From contig JAPSGB010000054.1 of assembly GCA_035063585.1 (NCBI GenBank), positions 1 through 29,571 on the forward strand: DNA of 29,571 bases. Reading direction: 5' to 3'. Positions 9,531 through 16,790 of the stretch are shown here, piece by piece (position 1 is the stretch's first letter; each line of letters begins with the position of its first letter). The notes beneath the pieces were generated by a model. The model saw nothing but the letters and a program-made list of their open reading frames with translations. It made no database searches and was not told where the DNA came from. Source of the DNA: Polyangiaceae bacterium (lineage in GTDB: Bacteria > Myxococcota_A > Polyangia > Polyangiales > Polyangiaceae). The position numbers and the translations under genes were made by a program.

Positions 9531-11857
9531 TGAAGATCGCGATCACCCGGTGGCCAAACCTGCTCGACACCCGGGGCGAGGGCGTAGAGCTCACGTGGCG
9601 CGAGCTCGTCGCGGAGTTCTCGAAGCGCGCGCCGTTCCGCGGCGACAAGCAACACCCAGGGTGGAGCCCGACACGGTGCGAGCCGGCGCGCCGCGCTCTG
9701 GAGACCGTCCAGAGCGTCTCCGCGCTCTGCCTGGACTACGACGGCGGCACCGCGATCGACGACGCCGCGGCGGCGTGGACGGGCACGCGCGCGCTCATCC
9801 ACACGACGCGCAAGCACACGCCCGACGCGCACCGGTTCCGCGTGATCCTGCCGCTCTCCCGCGAGGTGTCGCCGGCGGAGTACTCCGCGCTCTGGGCGGC
9901 CGTCGACGCGAAGCTCGGCGGCGTGGTCGACCCGGCGACGAAGGACGCGTCGCGCTTCTGGTACGTGCCGGGCTGCCCGCTCGACGCGGAGTTCATCGCG
10001 CGCGAGATCGAGGGCGAGCCCCTCGACGTCGATGCCTGGCTCGCGCCGCCGGCGCCTGCGCCCACCGCGCCGAAGCGCTACGCCGACGCTGCGCTCCGGC
10101 GCGCTGTAACGAACGTGCGAGGTGCCGCGGAAGGCGAGCGCAACCGCACCTTGAACCGTGAGGCGTACTCCCTTGCCGGGCTCGTCGCCGCCGGCGAGCT
10201 CCAGGAGCTCGAGGTGCGCGATCACCTGATGAGCGCCGCGCTGGCGGCAGGCCTGCCGCAGGGCGAAGCGGCCAAGACGGTCGACTCGGGTTTCGGCGCC
10301 GGGCTCGCGCGGCCGCGCGCGGTTCCGCCGAGCTCGCCGAAGGCGCCGGCGCCGGGCGTCGTCGACGACGGCGCGTGGCAGCGCGGGCTCGTGTACGACT
10401 CGAAGCAGCGGCCGCGCAAGTGTCTGGCGAACGTGCTGCACATCCTCGAGCAGCATCCCGCGTGGGAACGCGTACTCGGCTACGATGAGTTCAACGACCA
10501 GATCGTCAAGCTCGCGCCGGCGCCGGTGCGCGAGCAGGACCGCCCCGGAACCGAGCTCACCGGCCCCTGGCTCGAGGAGGACGCGATCCGCACCGCGGCG
10601 TGGCTCTCGACGTTCACCGGCCTGGACGTCGCGCCGCAGCTCGTCGACGCGGCCGCGCTCGCCGGGTCGAAGCGCCGCGTGGTGCATCCCGTCCGCGACT
10701 GGCTCGCCGGGCTGCGCTGGGATGGCACCGCGCGCCTCGACGGCTGGCTCGAGCGCTACCTCGGCGTGGCACCCACGCCGTACGCGGCCGCGGTGGGCGC
10801 TCGCTGGCTCGTCAGCGCCGTTGCGCGCGTCAGCGAGCCGGGGTGCAAGGCGGACCACATGCTGGTGCTCGAGGGCGACCAGGGCATCGGGAAGTCTACG
10901 GCGCTCCGCATCCTCGCCGGCGACCGGTGGTTCAGCGACACGGGGATCGTCCTGGGCGACAAGGACAGCTACCAGGCACTGCGCGGCGTGTGGCTGCACG
11001 AGTTCGCGGAGCTGTCGAGTGTGCGCGGCCGCGACGTCGACCGCGTCAAGGCGTTTCTCTCGGCCGCGTCCGATCGCTACCGGCCGAGCTACGGCCGCGT
11101 CACGAAGGAATTCCCGCGGCACACCGTGTTCGCCGGCAGCACGAACGACGCCGCGTATCTCTCCGACCCGACCGGCGCCCGGCGCTTCTGGCCCGTCGCT
11201 TGCGGCATCATCGACTTGGCCGCACTGCGCCAGGACCGGGTGCAGCTCTGGGCGGAAGCGGCGGAGCGCTACCACGCCGGCGCGTCGTGGCACCTGGACA
11301 CCGCCGAGCTGCAGGCCACCGCAACCGAGGTGCAGCTCGAGCGCACGGAGCGCGACGACTGGGTCGAGCTCGTCGAGCAGTGGCTCGCCGCGCCGTCCCT
11401 GCCTGCCGGAGATCGCCGCGAGGCCATCGACCCGGGCGACGGGTTCACGACCGCGCAGGTGCTGCTCGGCGCCTTGGACTTCGCGCCGGACCGCATCACC
11501 GCCGCCTGCACCAAGCGCGTGGGACACGTGCTGCGGACGCTGGGTTACGAGCCGCGACGTCCCCGCAGTGGGAAGCGAGAGCGCCGATACTTCCCGGCGG
11601 TCCAGGTTGCGGACCTCGTGGTCCAGGTTCCAAGCGGCAACCTGGACCACCTGAACCAGCATGAAACAAGCGGTGGTCCAGGTGGTCCAGGTGGTCCAGG
11701 TACAGGCGCACACACACATGAGAGATCATGTGGACCCAGCGCTAACTGGGATTCGCCGGTCCACGTGGACCACGTGGACCACGTGGACCACCTGGACCAC
11801 CTGGACGCGGACCCCTACGAGGCCGAGGAGCGGGCCGCTATCCAGGAGCTCGCGTGA
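9530..11857 (+). CDS. Primase-helicase: AEP-like primase, PriCT-like region and VapE/VirE-type P-loop helicase
   Basis: LCLDYDGG, IHTTRKH, RFRVILPLSR, DPATKDASRFWYVP; EGERNRTLNREAYSL; HPVRDWL, LVLEGDQGIGKST, YRPSYGR, FAGSTN, LSDPTGARRFWPV. Confidence 0.92.
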   Translation: MKIAITRWPNLLDTRGEGVELTWRELVAEFSKRAPFRGDKQHPGWSPTRCEPARRALETVQSVSALCLDYDGGTAIDDAAAAWTGTRALIHTTRKHTPDAHRFRVILPLSREVSPAEYSALWAAVDAKLGGVVDPATKDASRFWYVPGCPLDAEFIAREIEGEPLDVDAWLAPPAPAPTAPKRYADAALRRAVTNVRGAAEGERNRTLNREAYSLAGLVAAGELQELEVRDHLMSAALAAGLPQGEAAKTVDSGFGAGLARPRAVPPSSPKAPAPGVVDDGAWQRGLVYDSKQRPRKCLANVLHILEQHPAWERVLGYDEFNDQIVKLAPAPVREQDRPGTELTGPWLEEDAIRTAAWLSTFTGLDVAPQLVDAAALAGSKRRVVHPVRDWLAGLRWDGTARLDGWLERYLGVAPTPYAAAVGARWLVSAVARVSEPGCKADHMLVLEGDQGIGKSTALRILAGDRWFSDTGIVLGDKDSYQALRGVWLHEFAELSSVRGRDVDRVKAFLSAASDRYRPSYGRVTKEFPRHTVFAGSTNDAAYLSDPTGARRFWPVACGIIDLAALRQDRVQLWAEAAERYHAGASWHLDTAELQATATEVQLERTERDDWVELVEQWLAAPSLPAGDRREAIDPGDGFTTAQVLLGALDFAPDRITAACTKRVGHVLRTLGYEPRRPRSGKRERRYFPAVQVADLVVQVPSGNLDHLNQHETSGGPGGPGGPGTGAHTHERSCGPSANWDSPVHVDHVDHVDHLDHLDADPYEAEERAAIQELA
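11599..11806. repeat. Iteron-like 9-bp repeats in direct and inverted arrays (putative replication origin)
   Basis: ggtggtcca x3 at 11672-11698; inverted ccac(g/c)tgga x5 at 11761-11805; more GGTCCAGG/CCTGGACC copies at 11599, 11620, 11641; A/T-richer spacer. Confidence 0.75.
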
Positions 11858-12222
11858 TGGCCGACCCCACCCCCCACCTGGCCTGCCATCCCCTTGGCAC
11901 GAGCTCCAATGCGCTGGAACCGGCCGATGGGCCGGGGCCTAACAGGTTTGGGGGCGTGGAGGCCGTACGGGGACGCGTGAATAGCCCGGAGATCCGCCAG
12001 AAAACGAAATCTTTACACCGGAATCCCCGCGCAACACCCCTCGACGGCACCGAAACCGCCGCCGAGCTCGCCAGGCGCCTGCGTAGCGCCCTGGCGCCCC
12101 GCTGCAGTGTGTGCGGGCGCTACGTGCGCCCGACGTGCGGCCGCTGCTCCGGGCGCTGCCACACGCGCGCCCACCGCCGGCGTCGCCGGCTCCAGACCAA
12201 CTCCGCCGGCGTCGCCGGCTGA
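11857..12222 (+). CDS. Hypothetical protein with C-terminal Cys cluster
   Basis: TGATG coupling; CSVC...CGRCSGRC...RAHRRR; 5' half has atypical composition, so the true start is uncertain. Confidence 0.45.
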   Translation: MADPTPHLACHPLGTSSNALEPADGPGPNRFGGVEAVRGRVNSPEIRQKTKSLHRNPRATPLDGTETAAELARRLRSALAPRCSVCGRYVRPTCGRCSGRCHTRAHRRRRRLQTNSAGVAG

Positions 12223-12231
12223 AAGGACCAC

Positions 12232-12420
12232 ATGGCCAACGAACACCCCGACAACCCCTACGGATTTCCGAACAGCCCGAGCCCCGCGCGCAAGTCACCA
12301 GACGCGCCGCCGCCAGCCGCTCCGCCGCCCGACCAGCGGAACGTCGGCGACGAAGGAACGCGCAAGGGCATCGCCGATGCCGGCCTGCCCGCCGATACCT
12401 ACAAGCGGGGTTCGAAGTGA
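12232..12420 (+). CDS. Small Pro-rich hypothetical protein
   Basis: AAAGGA RBS before ATG; stop overlaps next GTG. Confidence 0.7.
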   Translation: MANEHPDNPYGFPNSPSPARKSPDAPPPAAPPPDQRNVGDEGTRKGIADAGLPADTYKRGSK

Positions 12421-13724
12421 TCCGCCGTCGCTTCGAAGCGCCCGGCCTGCTCGCGCTCGAGCCGCGCGCCCTGGGCGCCACGTTCCCGGGTGCACGCGCG
12501 CCGGCGTCGCCGTTCGACCGCCTGGGCGACGTCGCGGTCGTCTCGATCGTCGGGCCGCTCACGCACCACGACTCCGGTTTCTTCGACTCTTACGACGCGG
12601 TCCTCGAGCGCGTCGAGGCGGCGTTCCAGTCGAAGGCCCGAACCGTGGTGCTCAAGATCGACTCGCCCGGCGGCGAGTACTCCGGTTGCCTGGACGCCGT
12701 CGGGCAGATCCGCGACATGGCGAAGGACACGGGCAAGAAGCTCGTCGCCTACGTCGACGGCACGGCCGCGAGTGCCGGCTACGCCATCGCGTGCGCAGCG
12801 AAGCGGATCGTCGTCGCCCTCGGCGCGCGCATCGGCTCCGTGGGCGTGATCGGCGCCGTCGTCGACGGATCGGCCGCGGACCACGCGATGGGCCTGCGGA
12901 TCGACCTGCTCTCCAGCGGCGCCCGCAAGAGTGACGGCAACCCGCACGTGCAGCTCACGCCCGACGCGCGCGCCGCGCTGCAGGGCGAGATCGACGCCCA
13001 GGGCGGGCTGTTCTTCGAGCTCGTCGCGAGCGCCCGCCGGCTGACGCCCAGGGTCGTTGCGGGCTGGCAGGCGGCGATGTTCACCGGCGGCGTGGACGCC
13101 GTCGACAAGGGCCTGGCCGACGCCGTCCTGAGCTTCCCCGAACTGCTCGCGTCGATCAGCACGACGGCCACGGCGCCGCGCGCGCCCGCGAGTTCCACGA
13201 CCACCGAACCGGAAGGACCGACCATGCGAAACTACTTCTCGCCGCAAGCCTCGCGCGGCACCACGAGGGCGCGCCCCGCACCGGCTCCGGTCCGTGCGCC
13301 CGTCAAGCCGCACCGCTCGCCGAAGCTCGACCACGACGCGAAGGTCGCCGCCCTGGCGCAGCTCGGCGCGCCGGAGCTGCAGGCTATCGTGGACCAGCAA
13401 GCGCGCGAGATCGCCGAGCTGAAGGAGTACTTCGGCAAGAGCCGCACGCGGAGCACCAGCGCGGAGCAGCGCGGACTGCCGCCCGACCAGCAGCGCGAGC
13501 TCGATCGCAAGATGGGGCTCATCCAGCAGAGCTCGGCCGTCGTGCATGACGGCAACCGGATGATCCTCGGCGCGCCGGTGGACAAGCGCACCGGCAAGCC
13601 GCTGGTCAGCTCGACCAGGGCGTCGAAGCCTCCCGCCGAGCAGGCCGAGCTCGACCGCAAGATGGGCCTCGGCGCGAAGAGCACCGGTCCCCGCAACGTC
13701 GGAAACAAGCTGATCCTCGGATGA
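12417..13724 (+). CDS. S49 family peptidase (phage head-maturation protease-like) with scaffold-like C-terminus
   Basis: VAVVSIVGPL, VLKIDSPGG, AASAGYAIACAA, IGSVGV, SGARKSDGNPH, GLADAV motifs; low-complexity linker, then a charged helical tail. Confidence 0.9.
   Translation: MIRRRFEAPGLLALEPRALGATFPGARAPASPFDRLGDVAVVSIVGPLTHHDSGFFDSYDAVLERVEAAFQSKARTVVLKIDSPGGEYSGCLDAVGQIRDMAKDTGKKLVAYVDGTAASAGYAIACAAKRIVVALGARIGSVGVIGAVVDGSAADHAMGLRIDLLSSGARKSDGNPHVQLTPDARAALQGEIDAQGGLFFELVASARRLTPRVVAGWQAAMFTGGVDAVDKGLADAVLSFPELLASISTTATAPRAPASSTTTEPEGPTMRNYFSPQASRGTTRARPAPAPVRAPVKPHRSPKLDHDAKVAALAQLGAPELQAIVDQQAREIAELKEYFGKSRTRSTSAEQRGLPPDQQRELDRKMGLIQQSSAVVHDGNRMILGAPVDKRTGKPLVSSTRASKPPAEQAELDRKMGLGAKSTGPRNVGNKLILG
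13224..13724 (+). CDS. Probable nested in-frame gene (scaffold-like, 166 aa)
   Basis: GGAAGGA-ccgacc-ATG at 13224, in frame with the S49 ORF, immediately after the linker; like lambda C/Nu3. Confidence 0.6.
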   Translation: MRNYFSPQASRGTTRARPAPAPVRAPVKPHRSPKLDHDAKVAALAQLGAPELQAIVDQQAREIAELKEYFGKSRTRSTSAEQRGLPPDQQRELDRKMGLIQQSSAVVHDGNRMILGAPVDKRTGKPLVSSTRASKPPAEQAELDRKMGLGAKSTGPRNVGNKLILG

Positions 13725-13744
13725 TCCGAGGGAAAGGAACGACC

Positions 13745-14275
13745 ATGAGACCGTTTCAAGAGATCGAGAACGAACGCAACGCGGCGCGCGTCGAGCACTA
13801 CGGCGCGCGCGAGAAGCGCATCGCAAAGGCGCGTGCCATCTTCGACGCCGAGGAGCGTGCAGCGCGCGAGGCGTGCGAGGCCACCGTGTCCAAGCTGGAC
13901 GCCGAGCACGACGCGGAGATCGAGCGGCGACGCTTGCAGCTCCGGAAGGACAAGCTCGCCGCCTGCGTCGACGTGTGGAAAGCGCACATCGGCGGAACCG
14001 AGCTCCCGCGCGCGTTCGCCGATCGCGCGCGCGTCGCGCTCGCGTTGCTCGAGGCCAACGGTAACGAGAGCATCGGACCGCACGCGGCGCGCGAGGTGCA
14101 CCCGTGGCACGCGGCCGCCCGCATCGCGCTGGGCATGCCGGCGCCGGCGCCGGCGCAGTGGCAGCACTTCCGCGAGCTCGAGCTCGAGAAGGCGATCCGC
14201 ACCGGCACGCCGTCCGAGATCGTCGCCGCCTTCGAGCGCGTCGAGAAGGCGATCACCAAGTCCACCGCCGCCTGA
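13745..14275 (+). CDS. Hypothetical coiled-coil protein
   Basis: AAAGGA-acgacc-ATG; E/R/A-rich helical N-terminal half. Confidence 0.8.
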   Translation: MRPFQEIENERNAARVEHYGAREKRIAKARAIFDAEERAAREACEATVSKLDAEHDAEIERRRLQLRKDKLAACVDVWKAHIGGTELPRAFADRARVALALLEANGNESIGPHAAREVHPWHAAARIALGMPAPAPAQWQHFRELELEKAIRTGTPSEIVAAFERVEKAITKSTAA

Positions 14276-14289
14276 AGGAGAACAGACCC

Positions 14290-14586
14290 ATGATTCCCGC
14301 ATTCATCGATCCCCGCAACTCGGATCTCCCTGACGGCGATCCGAACAAGTACGTTCCCGACGCTGCAGCCGCCTACTTCGGCGCCGGTACGTACCGCGTT
14401 ACGCGCCCGTTCACGTATGCACGCAAGGAGCACCTGCCCGGCGACGTCGTCACGCTGGGCGACGCCGCGGTCGGGCGATTCTTCGACTGCCTCGAGCACC
14501 TCGACCCCGCCGTCGAGCAGGAGCGCGGCGCCAAGGCGCGCGCAATCGCCGAAGCGTCCGTCAAGGAAGCGGTGGCGAAGGCGTGA
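14290..14586 (+). CDS. Small hypothetical phage-type protein
   Basis: AAGGAG RBS; YRVTRPFTYARKEHLPGDVVTL resembles small beta domains seen in phage head modules. Confidence 0.7.
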   Translation: MIPAFIDPRNSDLPDGDPNKYVPDAAAAYFGAGTYRVTRPFTYARKEHLPGDVVTLGDAAVGRFFDCLEHLDPAVEQERGAKARAIAEASVKEAVAKA

Positions 14587-14743
14587 ACCGATGTTGGCCG
14601 ACCGCGCTCTCTGATCGGGGCGCGCACGTGGGAAGGCGTCCACGTGCCGGCGCGCGCAGGCGCCGCGACCACGCGCACTGCTCCGGGCCGGCGCCGATCT
14701 CCAGCGGCGCCGGTCCCGGGGCACTTTTCCGCGAGGACATGAC

Positions 14744-15061
14744 ATGAGCAACCAACCGCGAATATCCAGCACACGCGAGCACGCCGGCAGCATGCTCCGC
14801 AGCTACCAGCGCCGGCTGCCCGTCGACGGCTCCGCTCTCCGCGACGAGCTTGTCGACGCTGGCATGGTGAGACCCGCACCAGCTGGCGAGCGCATCACGC
14901 CCTTCCTGAACGTCGCCGGTGCGCCGGTGCTGCGGACCAACGAGGCGGGCAGGGCTGCTGCACGCCGCGCGATGAGCGATCCGCGTCCCTGGTACGCGCG
15001 TGACGCCCGGGCAGCGACAGAGAATCCCGACGTGGCCGAGCTCGCCCAGGGGGCGCCGTGA
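14744..15061 (+). CDS. Hypothetical protein
   Basis: GAGGA upstream; stop overlaps next GTG. Confidence 0.65.
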   Translation: MSNQPRISSTREHAGSMLRSYQRRLPVDGSALRDELVDAGMVRPAPAGERITPFLNVAGAPVLRTNEAGRAAARRAMSDPRPWYARDARAATENPDVAELAQGAP

Positions 15062-15540
15062 GCACCTCGGCTCCGACGACGATCACCGGCGCCGGCGCGG
15101 TGCCCGTGTACATCACGCGCGTGGACGGCTACGACCCGATCCCGGCGCTCGCCGTCTCGACGTTCACGATCGCCGTGGCCGTCGCACCGCCGGACGGGTT
15201 CGCGCCGGCGCTGACCGCCACGGAGCAAGGCGCACGGCCCGCCGCGAGCACGGGCATCCCGGGCGGCTTCTCGCTTCCGGTTGGCTCCTACATCACGTCG
15301 TCCGGGCTGGTCTACGTGGTGACCGTCGCGGACGGGTCGAAGCTCACGCTCGCGTCGGTGCTCGCCGCGGTGCTGGCGAACCTCCGGATCCTCATGCAGG
15401 CGCACCAGAAGGCGAGCGGACGTCGTCTCAGCGTCGACGACGCCCTGGCCGGCGACCGTGCGACGACGCGCGTAGCGAACGCCCTGCGCGCCGCGTGGGC
15501 GACGGCGGCGAAGCGCTGGCCCGACGCGTTGGTGGCCTGA
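15058..15540 (+). CDS. Hypothetical protein, beta-rich N-terminal half
   Basis: GTGA-coupled 160-aa ORF with GC3 bias. Confidence 0.7.
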   Translation: MSTSAPTTITGAGAVPVYITRVDGYDPIPALAVSTFTIAVAVAPPDGFAPALTATEQGARPAASTGIPGGFSLPVGSYITSSGLVYVVTVADGSKLTLASVLAAVLANLRILMQAHQKASGRRLSVDDALAGDRATTRVANALRAAWATAAKRWPDALVA

Positions 15541-15713
15541 TGACGCGCGACGAGCTACAGCGCCGCCGGCGCGAGGTGGAGCGCGAGCTCCGTCTCTTGC
15601 GTCACGAGATCGACAACCGGATCGGCGAGCTGCTGTCGGAGCTCATGCAGATCGACCGCGACGAGCGCGCCCTCGACGCGCCGGCGACGACTCCGCCGCG
15701 AAGGCCAGCGTGA
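15540..15713 (+). CDS. Small coiled-coil protein
   Basis: TGATG coupling; MTRDELQRRRREVERELRLLRHEIDNRIGELLSELMQIDRDE. Confidence 0.65.
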   Translation: MTRDELQRRRREVERELRLLRHEIDNRIGELLSELMQIDRDERALDAPATTPPRRPA

Positions 15714-15970
15714 TCGCCCGCGAGGCCGAGTGCCGGGCGGGGGAGCTGCTCGCGGGGATGAAGCTGAAGGGCGGCGATCGTGGCGGCGGGCGCCCAAGCA
15801 AAACCAAAGGTGAAAAGGCGCCCATGGTTTCCCCCCTCGCCGCCCTCGGGATCAAGCCCGCCGAGAGCAAGCGCATGCAGGCCGCGGCGAGCGTGCCGGC
15901 AGAGGTACGGCGCGAAGTCCCCTCGACGCTGCAAACCAACATGTTTCCGGGAGCTTGCGCGCCAGGGTAG
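15710..15970 (+). CDS. Phage-type helical DNA-binding domain, possibly a fragment
   Basis: EAECRAGELLAGM..GGRPS..LAALGI..ESKRMQAAASVP resembles a motif I recall at the N-terminus of phage proteins, often fused to methyltransferases. Confidence 0.5.
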   Translation: MIAREAECRAGELLAGMKLKGGDRGGGRPSKTKGEKAPMVSPLAALGIKPAESKRMQAAASVPAEVRREVPSTLQTNMFPGACAPG

Positions 15971-16003
15971 ACACGGCCGCGCCGGCCGTATAACAGGATA
16001 TAC
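15968..16003 (+). promoter_or_regulatory. Putative promoter/operator for the RHH-int operon
   Basis: TAGACA 15968-15973 and TATAAC 15989-15994 (short 15-bp spacer); inverted repeats acggccg-cgc-cggccgt and gtata-acagga-tatac. Confidence 0.45.
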
Positions 16004-16004
16004 C

Positions 16005-16190
16005 ATGCCCGAACCGCTGATCGCCCTCCGACTGGACGCCGAGGATCGCGCACTGCTCGAGGCGTGCGTGCGCACGGAGAAGCTCACGAAGAGCGACATC
16101 CTGCGCCGCGCGCTCCGGCTGTACGCGCGCGAGCTCGGCGTCACGCCGGAGGCGCCCACGGCGGGCAAGCGCCAGCGCCGCAAGCGCTGA
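16005..16190 (+). CDS. Ribbon-helix-helix (CopG-like) regulator
   Basis: IALRLDAEDRALLEACVRTEKLTKSDILRRALRLY; AGGA RBS. Confidence 0.85.
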   Translation: MPEPLIALRLDAEDRALLEACVRTEKLTKSDILRRALRLYARELGVTPEAPTAGKRQRRKR

Positions 16191-16252
16191 CAGGTGCGCC
16201 GGCAGCGGTGGCAACCGCTCCGGCGCGTGGTTCACATCAGGGAGACGCGAAC

Positions 16253-16507
16253 ATGAAAAGCACAGCACGACAGAAGCAGAGCAGCAAGAAAGACGCGGCG
16301 CTCCACGTCGTCGGCGAGCGGCCGCTCTACATCGAAGCGAGCCCGGAGATCGTGAAGCTGCTCGCCGACGCGGAGCGCATGCTGCTCCACGGCGCGAGCG
16401 GCCTCGCGAGGGAAGACGTCGACCCGGAAACGAAGGCGTGCATCCTCGACGCGCTGGGCGATATCCGGCGGGCGCGCTGCTGCGTCCACAACGAGGAGCC
16501 GCTATGA
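16253..16507 (+). CDS. Hypothetical protein
   Basis: GGGAG RBS; 84 aa; ATGA overlap with next gene. Confidence 0.65.
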   Translation: MKSTARQKQSSKKDAALHVVGERPLYIEASPEIVKLLADAERMLLHGASGLAREDVDPETKACILDALGDIRRARCCVHNEEPL

Positions 16508-16716
16508 GCATGAGCACCGACCTTCGCTTCCGCGCCGTCCTGACGGCCGTACGCGAGGTGCGGGAGGACGTCCGGCGCCTGAGCTTCGCGACCGACGGCG
16601 ACGCGCCCCTCGACGCCCTGGCGCGCGCCGGCGAGCTCGAGCAGGTCGAGGCCGAGCTCGTCACGGCGCGGGACGCGTTCGACGCCGAGCCGGAGATCGC
16701 GACGGCCGCCGAGTAG
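16504..16716 (+). CDS. Hypothetical acidic helical protein
   Basis: GAGGAG RBS; 70 aa. Confidence 0.7.
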   Translation: MSMSTDLRFRAVLTAVREVREDVRRLSFATDGDAPLDALARAGELEQVEAELVTARDAFDAEPEIATAAE

Positions 16717-16790
16717 CAGCACCGGGCGCGCCGGGACAGCCCCCGGCCTCGCGCGGCTTGGCACGCCGCGGCGCCCGCCAGGAGGACAGC

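Noticed and set aside
8993..11719. 908-aa minus-strand ORF, and similar long antisense ORFs (15852-18203, 12399-13826, 7308-9302, 3562-5136)
   Set aside because: Shadows of motif-bearing plus-strand genes; stop codons are scarce at this GC content.
9530..11857. Virulence factor (from the name virulence-associated protein E)
   Set aside because: The VapE/VirE domain is a mobile-element helicase, here fused to a primase.
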